Assembly (NCBI GenBank): GCA_963716725.1
Contig: CAVQUB010000020.1
Coordinates: forward strand, 128,001 to 192,000
Direction: 5' to 3'
From: an uncultured delta proteobacterium
Lineage (GTDB): Bacteria > Myxococcota_A > Polyangia > Polyangiales > Polyangiaceae
DNA: 64,000 nucleotides
The stretch's first letter is position 1. Each line of letters starts with the position of its first letter. Below, piece after piece: positions 62,669 through 64,000 of this stretch. The position numbers and the translations under genes were made by a program. A model generated the notes under the pieces. That model did not search any database and had not been told where the DNA came from. It saw only the letters and a program-made list of their open reading frames with translations.

Positions 62669-63925
62669 AACGCTGGGCGGCCGCGTGCCTCGGCGCTGCG
62701 CTCCTGGCCCTCGGCGTCGCTTGCGGCAGCGGAGGTGGTACCGCTAGCGGCGCCGGCGTCGATGGCGGAGCCGGGCTCGGCGTTGGGGGCTCGGCGGCGA
62801 CTTCCGGAGGCGGAGGCACAGCAGGGACCATCAGCGCGGGCGGCAGCGCCGGGGTGGAGGACGCCGGTGCTCCCCCGGCGGTTTGCGAGGACTACATCGC
62901 GTGCGTCGCCGAATCGACGCCGGCCGGGCTCGCGGCAGTGCTCGCCGCCTACGGCAAGTCCGGCAGTTGCTGGCAACAGGGGGACCGCTCGCTCTGCGAG
63001 CAGGCTTGTCACTCCGGGATCGTCGCGGCGCACAAAGCATTCCCCAAAGCCAAGACCTGCAACGTTTGTGACACCTCCGCCGACTGCACGTCTTCTGCGC
63101 CCGCGTGCGACCCGGCGACACTGCGCTGCGTCGAGTGCGTCAGCAACTCCGACTGCAGGCGATCCGGGGAAGCCGGCCTGCGATTCGGCCGCTCGCAGTT
63201 GCGTCGCTTGCACGAACGATAGCCACTGCGCGAGCCCAAACCAGCCGGCGTGTGACCTGGCGACCCACACTTGCGTCCAGTGCACCAACAGTACCCACTG
63301 CTCCGTCTGGACGGGGCCGGTGTGTGACCTCTCGAGCCACCAGTGCCGCGATTGCGCCACCGACGCCGAGTGCGGGTCGGGGGCGTGCCATGCGGGTCAG
63401 TGCAAAGAGTGCAAGACCGACGCACAATGCCCGCTGGCCAAGCCACACTGCGGCTCGCTCGGGGTCTGCGTCGGCTGCGTGAAGGACAGCGAGTGCAGCC
63501 CTGGAGTCTGTACCTTCGGATCGTGTTGTGGCGTGAACGCTTGCGCCAAGAACGGGGTGGAGTGCGGTTCAACCGTCGACCTGGGCTGCATCTTCCAGCC
63601 CATTTCTTGCGGCCAGTGCACGGCGAACAACCTCTGCGTCAACGGCAGCTGCAAGACGAAACCGGAAAACACCTGCGTGCCGTCGGCCTGCGCCTCCAAG
63701 AAGTGCGGCTACGTGCCCGAAAAGAACGCTTACGACTGTGTCGCGGGCAGCTCCTACTGCACCGCCAACAAAGCCTGCGACCCGGGCTTCAAGTGCGTCA
63801 AATCGAGCGTCAGTGGCAGCGACTACTACACTTGTCAGAACTACTGCGTGACCTCCGCGGACTGCGCCAACGCGAAGACCTGTCAGCCCGCGAACGGGCC
63901 GACGAGCTACGGGGTGTGCAAGTAA
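62665..63925 (+). CDS. Cys-rich lipoprotein with CVxCxxxxxC repeats (frameshift near 63160)
   Basis: TTG overlapping the upstream stop; LGVAC lipobox; repeated PxCD..TxxCVxC units. Confidence 0.75.
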
Positions 63926-64000
63926 CGCGCGGGAGGCTAGCGGGGCTTCGCAGGCGACGACCCGCGCGCGTCCGGCTGCCAGAACTCACGGTCCACGTCG

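Overview
High-GC window with the gene content of a myxobacterium, Polyangiaceae-like by inference (Gly/Cys-rich lipoproteins, Ser/Thr kinases, FHA, ECF-type regulator, TonB-dependent receptor). About 50 genes can be supported. Housekeeping or metabolic genes include purL, acyl-CoA carboxylase alpha and beta subunits, acyl-CoA dehydrogenase, tryptophan 2,3-dioxygenase, GDPD, an asparaginase domain, FolB-cupin and an NfnA-NfnB-rubrerythrin-like fusion. Many genes carry single-base frameshifts, probably consensus errors. The most striking structure is a 171-bp hairpin-rich MITE-like element (4808-4978) with terminal inverted repeats and a duplicated TCA (a TGA stop codon). Its left and right ends recur at 49694 and 58004, again flanked by TCA, enclosing 8.3 kb of cargo between two convergent genes. 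The cargo holds RHS fragments, a 3' group II intron remnant, a protease/TSP3 operon with a G15 tract, and a truncated IS66. Other notable items are a B12-radical SAM apparently fused to a membrane/exported domain, a lipoprotein with three PQxCLS repeats, and a protein with somatomedin-B-like and knottin-like Cys motifs. No rRNA, tRNA or CRISPR array was seen. All calls come from reading motifs by eye; no database searches were run.
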